Source: Eledone cirrhosa
Lineage: Eukaryota
Reading direction: 5' to 3'
Length of the DNA: 64,000 nt
NCBI GenBank assembly: GCA_964016885.1
Contig: OZ024743.1
Location: 251,844,001 to 251,908,000 of the forward strand
A model generated the notes under the pieces. The model was not told the origin of the DNA. It did no database searches and saw only the letters and a program-made list of their open reading frames with translations. Below are positions 24,174-37,800 of this stretch, in pieces. Position 1 is the stretch's first letter, and the number at the start of each line of letters is the position of its first letter. The translations under genes were made by a program, and so were the position numbers.

Positions 24174-24227
24174 ATTTTATCTGACGAAAGCGTACTTAAA
24201 GTACCCTTGAAATATGTATAATAAAAT
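24174..24227 (+). ncRNA. Type I hammerhead ribozyme motif (right arm)
   Basis: ATTTTAT-CTGACGA-AAGCGTACT(TAA)AGTACCCTT-GAAA-TATGTA-TA-ATAAAAT: 7-bp stem I, canonical core. Confidence 0.8.
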
Positions 24228-24496
24228 AAATATGGTTTTATAAAGATATTTTCGATTTATTAAAATTATTGATATTAATGATACTCTAGATAAATTCTGT
24301 TTTAGGGATTCTAATCTGTTTCATTTTTGCATACACATCCATGCACACACACACATATATAGGTATATATGTATATGTAAATATATATATATATATATTT
24401 CCCCCTCTCCCCCTCTTCTCTATCTCTCTACCTCCCTCTGTCTCTCTCTGTCTCTCTCTCTCTCCCTCTCTCTCTCTGTATATATATATATATATC

Positions 24497-25223
24497 TAGG
24501 ATGGGTAAAATTCCCGAGATCCATGGACGAGTTCTCTCCAGCGGTCCCTGTCCCTCATTATTGCTGCCATGTCCTGCGTCTCCAACAGACCAGTGTCTGT
24601 CCTTAGGGCATCAACATATGTTAACTTTGGTCTTCCTCTTCTAGTGTGTCCATGCAGGGGCTCCTACAGGAGCACTGAGTGCAGTGTCAACTTTCAATGT
24701 CGATGAACATGTCCAGCTAACCTCAGTCTCTTCTGTGTCACTTTTGATCTGACTTTTGGGAGGCTCCCGTACAGCTCTGAGTTCTTCACCCTCAGTGTAT
24801 ACTGATTAATGTTCAGAGCCATCCTCAGCATTCTTGTGTAGCACCCATCCACCATCTGAGTGAGTTTCTTGGTCACTGTCCAAATCTCAGACTCGTACAA
24901 CAGCACAGACTCCACTACAGCAATGAAGAGGCGGATCTTCAGGTCTTTACGAAGGCAGAAAATTTGATGCAGGAGGTAGAGACTGTGTCGATGAGTGTGG
25001 GGCTGAGAATGAATGAGAGCATAAATATCTTGTAGAGAATATTAAGAAGCCAGAGAAGATTACTAATGTAGGCGGGAAGGCGCTAGAATGGTTGAGGACT
25101 TCCTGTATTTGGGAGCAGAGATTGGGAATACAGAAGATGATATGGTCTAGAGGAAGAACAAGGCCTGGGTGGCGTACCACAGCTTGAGATCGGTGTGGAG
25201 GTTGGACCTTCATAAAGACCTGA

Positions 25224-25227
<4 letters not shown>
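24497..25227 (-). mobile_element. RTE-like LINE (family B) with a 5' inversion, inserted in (TA)n
   Basis: Minus 24950..24497 encodes KDLKIRLFIAVVESVLLYESEIW..YTRMLRMAL..RLRLAGHV. Plus 24951..25227 encodes the upstream part KAENL..VGLRMN..EDFLYLG..KAW..KDLK. Confidence 0.9.
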
Positions 25228-25293
<66 letters not shown>

Positions 25294-25374
25294 GAGGGAC
25301 TCTGTCAATTATGACAACGATTGTTCCAGCTGATCCAATCAATAGAACAGCTTGCACATGAATTTAATATAGAA

Positions 25375-25610
25375 TTAGCTGAGCATTCCACAGACATATA
25401 TACCCTTTACATAGGTCTCAGGGAGATTCAGTGTGACACAATGTGGGACAAGGCTGGTCCTTCAAACTACAGGTACAACTAATTTTTGCGAGTTGAGTAC
25501 ACTGGAGCAATGTGAAATAAGGTGTCTTGCTCAAGGACACAACACCTCACTGGGAATTGAACTCACGACCATACGATTGTGAGCTGAGTACCCTAACTTC
25601 AAAGCTACAC
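25375..25610 (-). mobile_element. S2-related SINE, degenerate
   Basis: ACTGGAGCAATGTGAAATAAGGTGTCTTGCTCAAGGACACAACAC..GAATTGAACTCAC. Confidence 0.7.
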
Positions 25611-25699
25611 ATCACATGATTACATCAATTTCACAGTTGAAAAACTAACATTTATTACATAACTGACACTTTTTTTGCCAATGAACAGGTGAGCAATAT

Positions 25700-26235
25700 C
25701 TAGAATCGCTAATCCGATGGGATATATTGGAAAACTCAGTTTCGAAAAATCTTTGCATCAGCACCATGATAAATCAGCATCCTCAAAGTTTAACAACGAA
25801 ACTCATGTATGCTCTCCAGTAATCTCCAGTTTTTTTAATATACCTTTGATACATGAACATTCACAGAATTTCAGATGAATATACTGACATTCAATTTGAG
25901 ATACTACAGAAGAATCATGAGCATCTCCTATATGGAAAAGATAAGCAACAAAAACATTTGCACAGAAATCAGGCAACATGTGGGCAATTTCAAAGATCTG
26001 CGACAGACTGTATAGTAAAGAAAAAGGAGATGGTATGGCCGCATGACAAAATCTGATACATTGACCAAGCCTATACTAAAAAAAAACAGCTCAGAGGTAA
26101 AAAAGGTAATGAAGATAAAATGGAATGGACCAGTAAAGATTTCGCAACAACCCAAGTTCTGGCTTATGGCAGAAATGGATAAAGGGGGCTGATACATTGT
26201 TCCAACTTGTAGGGCCTCCATGACTTTGGAGGGTC
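25700..26235 (+). pseudogene. Heavily decayed RTE-like ORF C-terminus
   Basis: Frameshifted remnants resembling VKKR..WYG.MT.SD.L.K.IL. Confidence 0.5.
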
Positions 26236-26299
26236 ACAGGATCAGTAAGTATAACCTTTAGTTATACCTATCTTAATTATATTTGACATTGTTATATTG

Positions 26300-26637
26300 T
26301 TATACAGAAGACCTGCCTTCCCTTACATACAAACTTAAACCTACAGTCAGTAGGCACTTCTTAACCCAATATACACCCCACCCCATACCCCTTACTCCAT
26401 CCTCCCACCTCCATCCACTGTAAAGTGGTCGTGTAGGAGACACAATAAAAAGGCTCCCAGTCCACACTGTAAATGCGGTTGGTGTTAGGAAGAGCATCTA
26501 GCCATAGTAAACCTGTCAGAAACAGTTCTGTATGAATGAGATATGGTACCGGACCAATCTCGCCTCAAGTGGGACAAACCCGTCCAACCCATGCTAGCGT
26601 GAAAGATGGACATTAAATGATGATGATGATGATGATG
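26300..26637 (+). mobile_element. RTE family A 3' end
   Basis: ATACAGAAGACC..CAGTCAGTAGGCAC..GGTTGGTGTTAGGAAG..(GAT)n. Confidence 0.87.
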
Positions 26638-27364
26638 CTTGTTTAACCCAGGTTTCTGGTAAAAGACGCTTGCAAAAGGTGCTACACAGTAGGATAGAAC
26701 CTGAGGCCATGTGGTTGTAAAGTAAATTCCTTAACTATTGACACATATCTCTGTCAAATCACACCTGCACCCATACATTATCTAATATGTCTCCTATGTT
26801 GTTTTTTTTTTGTGTGTAGGTGTCTTGTTTGAGTAAGATATGGCTGCAACCTCACATTAACGTGTGTGTGTGTGTATGTGTGAGTGTATACACATAAACA
26901 TGTATGTATGTACATATATATATATTTGTGTGCGTGTATTATGTCAAAAGGAAAAAAAGGGGAAATAAAATAACCAGGATACACTAATGAGGGTGATGAT
27001 GATGATTATAAGAGACTAGGTTAAACCAGTTAATAAAACTCAGTGATGACATAAAGGTTTACATTTTCTCCCCTTAAACGAAGTGTAATGGAAAGTGAAG
27101 AGAGAAGACTTAATGTAGATTGTTGAATGATGAATGGAGAAAGAATGTTCTTATTAGATAGAAACAATTGCAGCTGTTAGCTTAAAAAGATACCACATCT
27201 TTATATATAATACAGAATCAATTTACAGAGCTAGAGAGAGAGAGAGAGAGAATTAGTAAGCCACAACAGACTAAGAGAGGTATATTATACCCTTTACAAT
27301 TATGGAACAAAAATAAGAGAAAAAGACAACAGGAGGCAAAAGAAGCATAAATAGTAAAAAGAAA

Positions 27365-27640
27365 TGCGAAAAGCTCTGTTGCCCACCAAGCTGAAGAGGG
27401 CAAACTTTCCAAGTATTGGCCACTCTCAGATAGATTTGAGCCTGTTGCAGTGGAGACTTCCAATGTTCTTGCCACCTGGACCACATCCCTACTCACTGTT
27501 ATCAGGGTGGTGTTGGCTGCCTGCAGGTGCGAGCTGCATGAGGTGGAGTGGCTGTTTCAGCACATCTCCCTTGCCATCCTCCATGGCAATGCATTCTCCA
27601 TCCTGTCAGCCAGGACCCAGAGGCTGAGGGCAAGTTAGTT
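27365..27640 (+). pseudogene. CRE-like RLE element C-terminal fragment
   Basis: KYWPLSDRFEPVAVETSNV..EVEWLFQHISLAILHGNAFSIL matches the KY..F.P.A.ET.G..QR.S.A..RGNA tail of such elements. Confidence 0.72.
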
Positions 27641-27771
27641 GGTGGTGGAGGATACTCGTTCGGACGTCACTTCAACAACTAAAGAATATTAACATATGGA
27701 GTAGACAATTGAATTAATATACATTACAACTATAAAGCAGCTAAAAGTTTCTGTTGTTGAATCTTTTAGCC

Positions 27772-28001
27772 TTAACCCTTTAGCATTCACATTACTCTAT
27801 ATATACTATTGTATTTTTGTAGTAAACACTTTATCTTACATAATTATCTCACATAATATCGAATCTATGAGATTTTGATATTATTTATTTTTGAGAACAA
27901 TACCTTAACATCAGTATAAGCGGCCAGTCTCATCTGGTTTGAACAGAGAGAGGTCAGACATTTCTGGCCGGATACGGCCGATTTAAATGCTAAAGGGTTA
28001 A
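27772..28001 (+). mobile_element. piggyBac-like MITE M1
   Basis: TTAACCCTTTAGCATT..AATGCTAAAGGGTTAA, clean TIRs. Confidence 0.85.
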
Positions 28002-28424
28002 AGTATTGAAGGGACTTGTTTATAGTTGGTAGATCTTTTACAACATATTGCACCTCCAATCTTTATAGTTTTTTAATGACCAGCTTTAACATGTCCTCCC
28101 CTTCAGACTGGTAGTTTTCTATATTGAAACAAATAGTACTATATAATTTCTGTGCAGTCTCTTGCTATATTTCTACTGAAAGACATTGCATATGGTTTTC
28201 AAATAGTTTTGAAAATAATAAAGAATTTGGAAAGATTCTCAATATCAATCCTTTCATCATATTTCTAATGAAATACAGTGCCTATTATGGTAAATGATTC
28301 TTTAAATTGAAAGTATATTTATTTTTGTTGAGTAATAATTAAAATTAATGTTATTTTTTAAAAATTTGAATGATATTTTTGATTAACGCAATTAAAGTTT
28401 TATTTTTTTATTGTAGTAGAGATA

Positions 28425-29578
28425 ATAATTGTTTTTACTTTGGGCACAAGGCCAGCAAATACCCAGTGCATTACTGATACTTTATTTTATTTACCCCATA
28501 ATGATGAAAAGCAAAGTTAACCTTGGCAGGATTTGAACTCAGAATGGCAAGGGCCGTAACTCTATGCATCAAAGCATGGAGTCCAACCCTCTACCGATAC
28601 TGCCAATCCACCACCCCGTCCCAATTCACCAATAATGCACAATAATCATTTTATTAGCTATAGATTGTTTCATCTTCTTTGATACTACTGTACAGTTTTA
28701 ATAGAGTTAATCCTATTCTTTATATTTTTATATACATTATTAACTTCATCCCCACCCCATCAACATCATCTAGATTATTATTATTTGTCATTATTATTAT
28801 AAATAAGGGTGGTGAATTGGCAGTATCGGTAGAGGGTCGGACGCCATGCCTTCCAGCATAGAGTTATGCCCCTTTATGCTCTGAGTTCAAATCCCGCCGC
28901 GGTTAACTTAGCCTTTCATCCTTACGGGGTCGATAGAATAAAGTACCAGTAATTAACTGGGATAATTGCTGGCCTTGTGCCAATAGTAGAACAATTATTA
29001 TTATAAATAAGGGTGGTGAATTCGCAGTATTGGTAGAGAATCGGACACCATGCTTTGCGGCATAGAGTTACGCCCCTTTGCAATCTGAGTTCAAATCCTG
29101 CCAAGGTTAGCTTTGCCTTTCATCCTTATGGGTTTGATAAAATAATGCACCAGTAATGCACTGGGGTCAATTTAATCGAGCCTTGTGTCTAAAGTAGAAA
29201 CAATTATTATTATCTTTATATAGGCACAAGACCAGCAATTTTTTTTTTTTGGGGGGGGGGGTGTCGATTAAATCGACCCAGGGCATGACTGGTAGTTTAT
29301 TTTAGCAACCTCGTAAGGATGAAAGGCAAAGTTAACCTCAGCGGGATTTGAACTCAGAACATAAAGGGACATAATAGAACGTTGGGCAAGGTGTTTCGTG
29401 GCATAAAGTTACTTCCCTTTATGTTCTGAGTTCAAATCCAGCTGAGGTTAACTTTGCCTTTCATCCTTAGGGTTTCAATAAAATAAGATACCAGTAATGC
29501 ACTGAGGTCGATTTAATCGACTTTCCCCTCCACTAACATTGGTAGTCTTGTGCCTATATCAGAAACCATTATCATTAT
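28425..29578. mobile_element. Cluster of five S1 SINE copies (-,+,+,-,+)
   Basis: Copies at about 28425-28615, 28807-29000, 29010-29212, 29215-29372 and 29378-29578. Confidence 0.87.
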
Positions 29579-29800
29579 TGTCCTAGTGGTCAAGGTTACC
29601 ATGGTTTTTTGTGGTTTTTTCCACAAGTAACCCTCAGCGGTATTCCCACTTTTGGGGAATTTCTTGTTTTCATTTTTTTAAATGTTTATTTTCTAGTCTT
29701 CTTTATAAACATTTCACCCCCCCCCCCCCCCCCGCACTTTACCATCCTGTACCGTCTTTATTGTCTTCTTAATGTAATCTCTGTGTGGCTAATAAAGAAA
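29579..29800 (+). mobile_element. Probable Tx1/L1-type 3' end fragment
   Basis: T/C-rich UTR ending AATAAAGAA, as at 62935-62943; flanked by a repeated AGAAACCATTAT. Confidence 0.5.
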
Positions 29801-30642
29801 CCATTATTATTATTAACTTCTACTGTACTTTTCCAGATACTACATCGGGTTTCACCAGAATTTTTACTATGTATTTTCTTCTATAGAATCTCAGGCCTAA
29901 AACAGCGATGATGATGATGATATTTAATAAATATTGTATATATTATTCAATTATAACTTCTAAACTTCACCTTATCATAATTCATAAATGAGTTTTGTTG
30001 TATTCTTTATATGTTGATAAACAAGATTAAATTGTCTAAAAATTAATAATATACTAGTAGCTTTGCATATTATTATATTATATAAGTGTATAAACATTGT
30101 GGCTTGAGAAATATATTTAAAATTAAAACTAAGATTTTAAACTTAACACGTTTTTATTTGAATAATACAATTAAAGTATTATTATTTATAAGATTATTAT
30201 TATTTGTAGGATAGATATAACTGCTTAATAATAAGCTATTATTATCATCTCTTGTATTTCCTTAATGTTTAATATACCAGATATATTTTATATAAATATT
30301 AGGTTATAATTTCGAAACACTAGATATGTTTTACTTATATTTTTATTATATTCCTATATAATTTCTAATATCATATCTAATTATTTATCTATTATTGTTT
30401 AATATATCTTATTCAGTAAATATTGTATAGACAATTTGACTCTAACTTCTAATCTTTCATGTACTATTTCCATTTCTTTTTCTTTCATTAATTTTAGATG
30501 CTATAATCATTTAAAATACAGTGTCTTTCATAACAGTATTTTAATAATGGTGTGATGTTTGTCATATTGCTGTGCTTATAAGGATGGACTTTGCTTGATT
30601 ATTTCTCTCTTCTCTGTGACACAAATATAAACAAAATATTAT

Positions 30643-30949
30643 CAATGTAAAGTTATGTTGGTACCACAACATCCAGTCCGAAACAAATGAGGTTGTGTAG
30701 GTGTCACGACAAATAAAACACACAGTCCACGCTGTAATGTGGCCGTGTAGGTAGCACGGTAAAAACCTCCCAGTCCACACTGTAAACGTGGTTGGTGTTA
30801 GGAAGGGCATCCAGCCGTAGAAAACCCGCCTGACAGTCCTATACGAGCAAGTCAACCAATCTTGCCTCACGTGGTAAAATTCCCGTCCAAACCCATGCAA
30901 GCGTGGAAGATGGACGTTAAATGATGATGATGATGATGATGATGATGAT
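30643..30949 (+). mobile_element. RTE family A 3' UTR fragment
   Basis: Matches 777-1077, with (GAT)n tail. Confidence 0.9.
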
Positions 30950-31004
30950 TCTTGAGTCAATGTGCAGATTGTGATATATGAATACATTCTTTATATATAC
31001 AGTA

Positions 31005-31188
31005 GCAGTAGATTGGCAGTATTGGTAGAGCATCAGACACCAAGATTTGCAACATAGAGTTATAGCATTCTGAGTTCAAATCCTGCCGCGGTTAACTTTG
31101 CTTTTCATTCTTACGGGATCGATAAAATAAAGGACCAGTAATGCACTGGGATAATTGCTGGCTTTGGGCCAAAAGTAGAAACAATTAT
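31005..31188 (+). mobile_element. SINE S1 copy
   Basis: A and B boxes, core and AGAAACAATTAT tail. Confidence 0.83.
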
Positions 31189-31463
31189 ATATATACAAAT
31201 ACTGGAGCTTGAGTAAGGCTATATACTTTATTTTATTTTATTTTTGTTACGTTTGTAGAAAGGTGTTAAGAGAGAAAGAAAACTTAATTTTCATCATTGC
31301 TATATCAGTAACTTCCCGATCATTTACGAATGAAGTGAGATCAACTTACTTCAGCAAACTTGGAATACTTAGGAAGGTATATGCAAGCGTGCCATATATT
31401 TTATAGTATTATATATATATATAAACTATATGCATTACTGCAGAAGACCTAGCCTGCAACATA

Positions 31464-32762
31464 CAGGGTGCGGATGATATTTGTTTGCAAGATTACTGTC
31501 TAGGAAAAAATAACACAGTAGTTTTATTTTTTAAGATATATTTATCAAACTTGGGTCAGTTTGTCTTCATGACTTGTTCTTTCGATCTCACTCAATAAAC
31601 TCGCCATTGGCTTTGATGACGGCCTCAAGGCGACCTCGGAACCGGCTACAGGCCTTCGTCACTGTCCCCCGACTTAGGCCCCTAAAGGCACTTGTGATCC
31701 GGGCATTCAGATCGTCTTTCGTATTGCAGCTAGATCTGTTGGTGTCTCGTTCCACTGCGCCCCACACAAAGAAGTTGAGGTGGTTGCAGTCAGGCGAGCT
31801 GGGAGGCCAGATGTCAGGTGAAGTGTGGTCGACGAAGTTCTCTGACAGCCAGGCTTGGGTCTTTCGGCTGGTATGGCAGGGCACTGAGTCTTGCTGCCAC
31901 ACGTACGGCCTATCTGCAGTTACCTGGTCGATCCAGGGCTTTACTACCTCACTCAGAACGTGGTTATGGCCATCGGTGTTCAGCTTGAGGCCCTCAGGGA
32001 AGAAGTGAGGTGGCATGACGTCACCTTCACTGCTGACAACACCTAAGACCAATGTTGTCGCTGGAAACTTTGTCTGCATGACTTTGGGCACGTCTTTGGA
32101 TGAGGCAGCGAGCCACCTGTTGTTCTGGGAGTTGATCTTCTGGTCTTGGCAGAAGTTTTTCTCGTCGGAGAAAAACCACAGCATGTCTGGCTCCAGTGGG
32201 TGTTTCAACTTGTTGATCAGCTTCTTTGCGTGTTTCAGTTGCTTTTCTTGCATTGCCTTTGACAGAAATTGTCCTTTCCTCATCTTGTATGAAACGTAGC
32301 GAATGTCTTCATGTACCACCAGCCTAATGAGCTTTTTATCCATCCCTTGCAATGGCACGCATCGACTTGCTAGGTTCATTGTTGATGATATCCTGAACTT
32401 CAGCAACGAACTCGGGCGTTCTGAAGGCGTCAGATCATTGATCATGTGTTTTCCTCTCTGATGCTGCTCCGTAGTCTAATCCTGAATCTTCCAATTCCTT
32501 TCTGACCTTTTCCACCATTCTCCTGTTGACACTGAGAAAGTCTGAAATTTCCTTATTTGTCCTCTCGGCGCGGATTCCAAGAAGAACTCCATGTCTCTTC
32601 CACAAATTTGCAGGTTCAAAATTATTCATAATCAATTATTCTGAAAATAAATAATGGAAATATAGTCCCTGTTTTTATGAAGACAAGAGTGACAATGGAA
32701 GCAAAAAAAATTTGCATAAAATTAGCAGTTGAAAATTGCGAACAGATATCGTCCACACCCTG
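31464..32762 (-). mobile_element. Tc1/mariner-superfamily DD37D (maT-like) DNA transposon, defective
   Basis: TIRs CAGGGTG(C/T)GGA(T/C)GATAT(T/C)TGTT(T/C)GCAA with TA on both sides. Transposase pieces 32435..32635 and 31588..32445 contain FFSDEK, WQQDS.PCH and SPDCNHLN. Confidence 0.93.
31588..32635 (-). pseudogene. maT-type transposase, frameshifted, third catalytic D mutated to N
   Basis: There are 37 residues between QQD and the LNF position; the N-terminal HTH-like part lies in another frame. Confidence 0.88.
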
Positions 32763-33424
32763 TACAATGTGACCTGGCATATCCTCTTGTCCCCCTTCCA
32801 CCACGCTCACCACACACATCCCATGCCTCCCACATTCTCTAGTTTGGTGATCTACATGATAAATGCACCCAGTACATGCTGTCAAGTGGTTGGTGATAGG
32901 AAGGGCAACCAGCCAAAGAAAGCTTGCCAAACAAATGGCCAGGATGACTCTCAATTTTGTCAAATATATGCCAACCTATCCTGTGCACTCGGTAGAACGT
33001 GAGAGCATACATACGCAAGACATAGATCCCTGGTCTATCACAACTACATCTAAATAGCAACAACAACGACAACAACAACAACACTTTGCAGCTACATGTA
33101 AATAGCAACAACAACAATATCTCTCATCATGTAAATAGTCATAACAAGACCTCACAACAACACAAACATATAACTATATAAAGAACAACAACAAACCCAT
33201 AACACAGAACTGCATCAATGGAAATTGTAAAAATAACATCATCATCATCAATGGTGATGGTGATGGGGACAATGGTGATGGTTATGATGATAGTGATGGT
33301 GATTATGATGATAATAATTGTTTCTACTTTTTGGCACGAGGCCAGCAATTATACCAGTGCATTACTGGTACTTTATTTTATCGACCCCGTAAGTATGAAA
33401 GGCAAAGTCAACCTATGATGATAA

Positions 33425-34833
<1,409 letters not shown>

Positions 34834-34835
34834 AC

Positions 34836-37800
34836 AGAATTTGTTAATCCCTTATTGGCTAGGACAATGCCAAAGATATAGACAAATTCACCTCATGTTG
34901 CCGGACAGGAATGCAAGGACTCCTCCTCTTTATTTCCCCATAACCCCATCTCCCTCACCCATCCCTGCGCCCCACCGTTCCCACCCACCAAACGCAATCC
35001 AAAACTTCAGAGTTGGTACCATGAATGTAGGCACTCTAACAGGTCACTCTAACAAGGTTGTAGAAATGCTTGAACGTAAGGAGGTCGATGTTTACTGTAT
35101 TCAAGAGACCAGGTCGAGGGGTGGGTCTGCTAAATTCATTGTGGGTAAAAAACGATGCTATAAGCTTTTCTGGATGGGAAATGACAATAAGCTGGGTGGA
35201 GTAGGAATCATGCTAGCAGGAAAAGGCATATATAGGCATATAAGATAATAGACGTAAATAGAGTGAACGATTGAATAATTAAAATAAGACTTGTCCTAAA
35301 TAGAACTACTGTGACAATAATATCTGCGTACGCACCCCAATCCGGATTGCCTGGTGTTATAAAAGACAGATTCTATGAGTCATTAATGCTCACTACCTCC
35401 CAAATAACCAACACTGACTACATAATTATTGCTGGTGACATAAATGGTCACATTGGACAACATTGTGACGGCTATGACGGAATCCATGGAGGCTATGGGT
35501 TTGGTATAGAAATGAGGAAGGCTCCAGAATCCTGGAATTCTGTGACACAAATAACCTAACTATCTGTAACACTAACTTCAAAAAATGAGACGATCACTTG
35601 ATCACCTATAGATCAGGGGAACACGCCAGTCAGATAGATTATATCCTTACCAGAAGACATGACAGAGTGTCTATTGTAAACACTAAATCCCTCCCCCATG
35701 AATAATGCACCTCCCAACATAGACTCATAGTTAGCGACCTCATAGTCAGGACAAGACGTACTCGACAACAGAGGAGGGCTATCCTCAGGAGAAAAATATG
35801 GAAGCTAAAGGACCCCACAGCCAGTCATAAATTTAAAAGCATATTACTTGATGCTATTGACAGTAGGGAAGAGCAGTTAGAGTCGTACAATATAGAGGAA
35901 CAGTGGGAATTCCTGAAAGCTAACATGCTGAAGGCGACAGATGAAATCTGTGCTGGAGCAGATCTATAGGCAGGAGGAGATTAACGTGGTGGTGGAACAG
36001 TAAGGTGGAGGAGTCAATCAAGGCCAAAAAGCAGGCTTGGAAAGTATGGCGGGATGGGGGAAGTAGAGAAGACTATCAAGTGGCCAGGAGGGAAGCTAGG
36101 AGACAAGTGTACTTCGCAAGAAGGGAAGCAGACGACCAAAAACGTGAGGTGTTCAGGATTGCTAGGCAATGTGTCAAGGAAAACCGTGATATTGTCGGGG
36201 AGAAGTGTGTCCTTAATGATGATGGTGTACTTGCCATCACTGATGCTGATAAGAGGGTAGCTTGGAAGTGTCACTACGAAAGGCGACTAAATGAGGAGAA
36301 TAAATGGGAGAAAGACAGTGTCCCCCACATCGATCCAATAGAGGGACCAGCAGTGCAAGTTGAAGGTTGTATAATAAGTAAGGCTGGGCCTTCGGAAATA
36401 GTTGCTGAAATGCTGGAACGGTGGGACACACTATGGTCACCCGGATAGTAAACCAAGTCATACAGAACGGGGTCGTACCGAAGGACTGGCGTAGCAGCAT
36501 CATCATTAACTGCTACAAGGGTAAAGGAGATGCTCTAGATAGGGGAAACTATAGAGGCATTAAATTAATTGACCAGGCCATGAAGGTCACAGAAAAAGTA
36601 ATAGTGCAACTAATCAGAGAGCGAATTGATCTGGATAAAATGCAGTTCGGGTTTGTGTCAGGTAAAAGTACCACAGACGCTCTTTTCATTGTATGACAAC
36701 TACAGGAGAAGTACCTAGCTAAAAGTAAACCCCTATACTTAGCTTTTGTCGACTTGGAGAAAGCCTTTGACAGAGTCCCATGCCCCATTATCTGGTGGGC
36801 TCTCAGAAAACTAGGTGTTGATGAATGGCTTATGAGAGCTATACAAGCCATGTATAAAGAAACAGTCAGCAAGGTTAGAATTAACAACGAATATAGTGAA
36901 GAGTTTAGCGTAAAAGATGGTGTTCATCAGGGCTCTGTCCTTAGACCCTCCTATTTATTATTGCCCTTCAGGCTATAACAGAGGAGTTCAAGACCGGTTG
37001 CCCATGGGAACTCCTATACACTGATGATCTAACGCTTATAGCTGAATCAATGGCTGAACTAGAGAAGAAATTCCAAACATTGTGAGAGCTATACAAGCCA
37101 TGTATAAAGAAACAGTCAGCAAGGTTAGAATTAACAACGAATATAGTGAAGAGTTTAACGTAAAAGTTGGTGTTCATCAGGGATCTGTTCTTAGCCCCCT
37201 ACTATTTATTATTGCCATTCAAGCTATAACAGTGGAGTTCATGACCGGCTGCCCATGGGAACTCCCATACGCAGATGATCTAATGCTCATAGCTGAATCA
37301 ATGGCCGAACTAGAGAAAAAATTCCAAACATGGAAGCATGGCCTAGAATCAAAAGGCCTTAAAATTAACCTGTCTTAGACTAAAGTTCTAGTATGTAGGA
37401 AGGAAAATAGGGCACTGGTGCTATCTGGGAAATGACCATGCTCAGTGTGTAGGAAAAGAGTAGGCAGAACTCCATTTTATATCCCAAATGCAAAGTATGG
37501 GTGCATAAAAGATGTAGTGGGATCACAGGTAAGCTAACTAAGAATATAGATATTATATGTGGCCGGTGCTCAGGTGCAATAAGTAGCAGCAAGTGCGCAC
37601 AGAATACTAGCTCATTCCATTGCACAGATGGTTCTATAGAAATAGTGGACATCTTCCATTACCTGGGTGACAAAATCAGCAGTGGTGGAGGGTGCTCTGA
37701 AAGTACAGTAGCTAGAGTCAGAACGGGATAGAAAAAGTTCAGAGAGCTTATACCAGTATTGGCCGCTAAAGGGTTCTCTCTAAAAATGAAAGGCAGGCTG

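Larger units (their letters stand above)
24053..24330. repeat. Fold-back with arms of about 100 bp and a 19-nt loop, beside (TA)n
   Basis: 24053-24152 pairs with 24172-24265. Confidence 0.9.
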
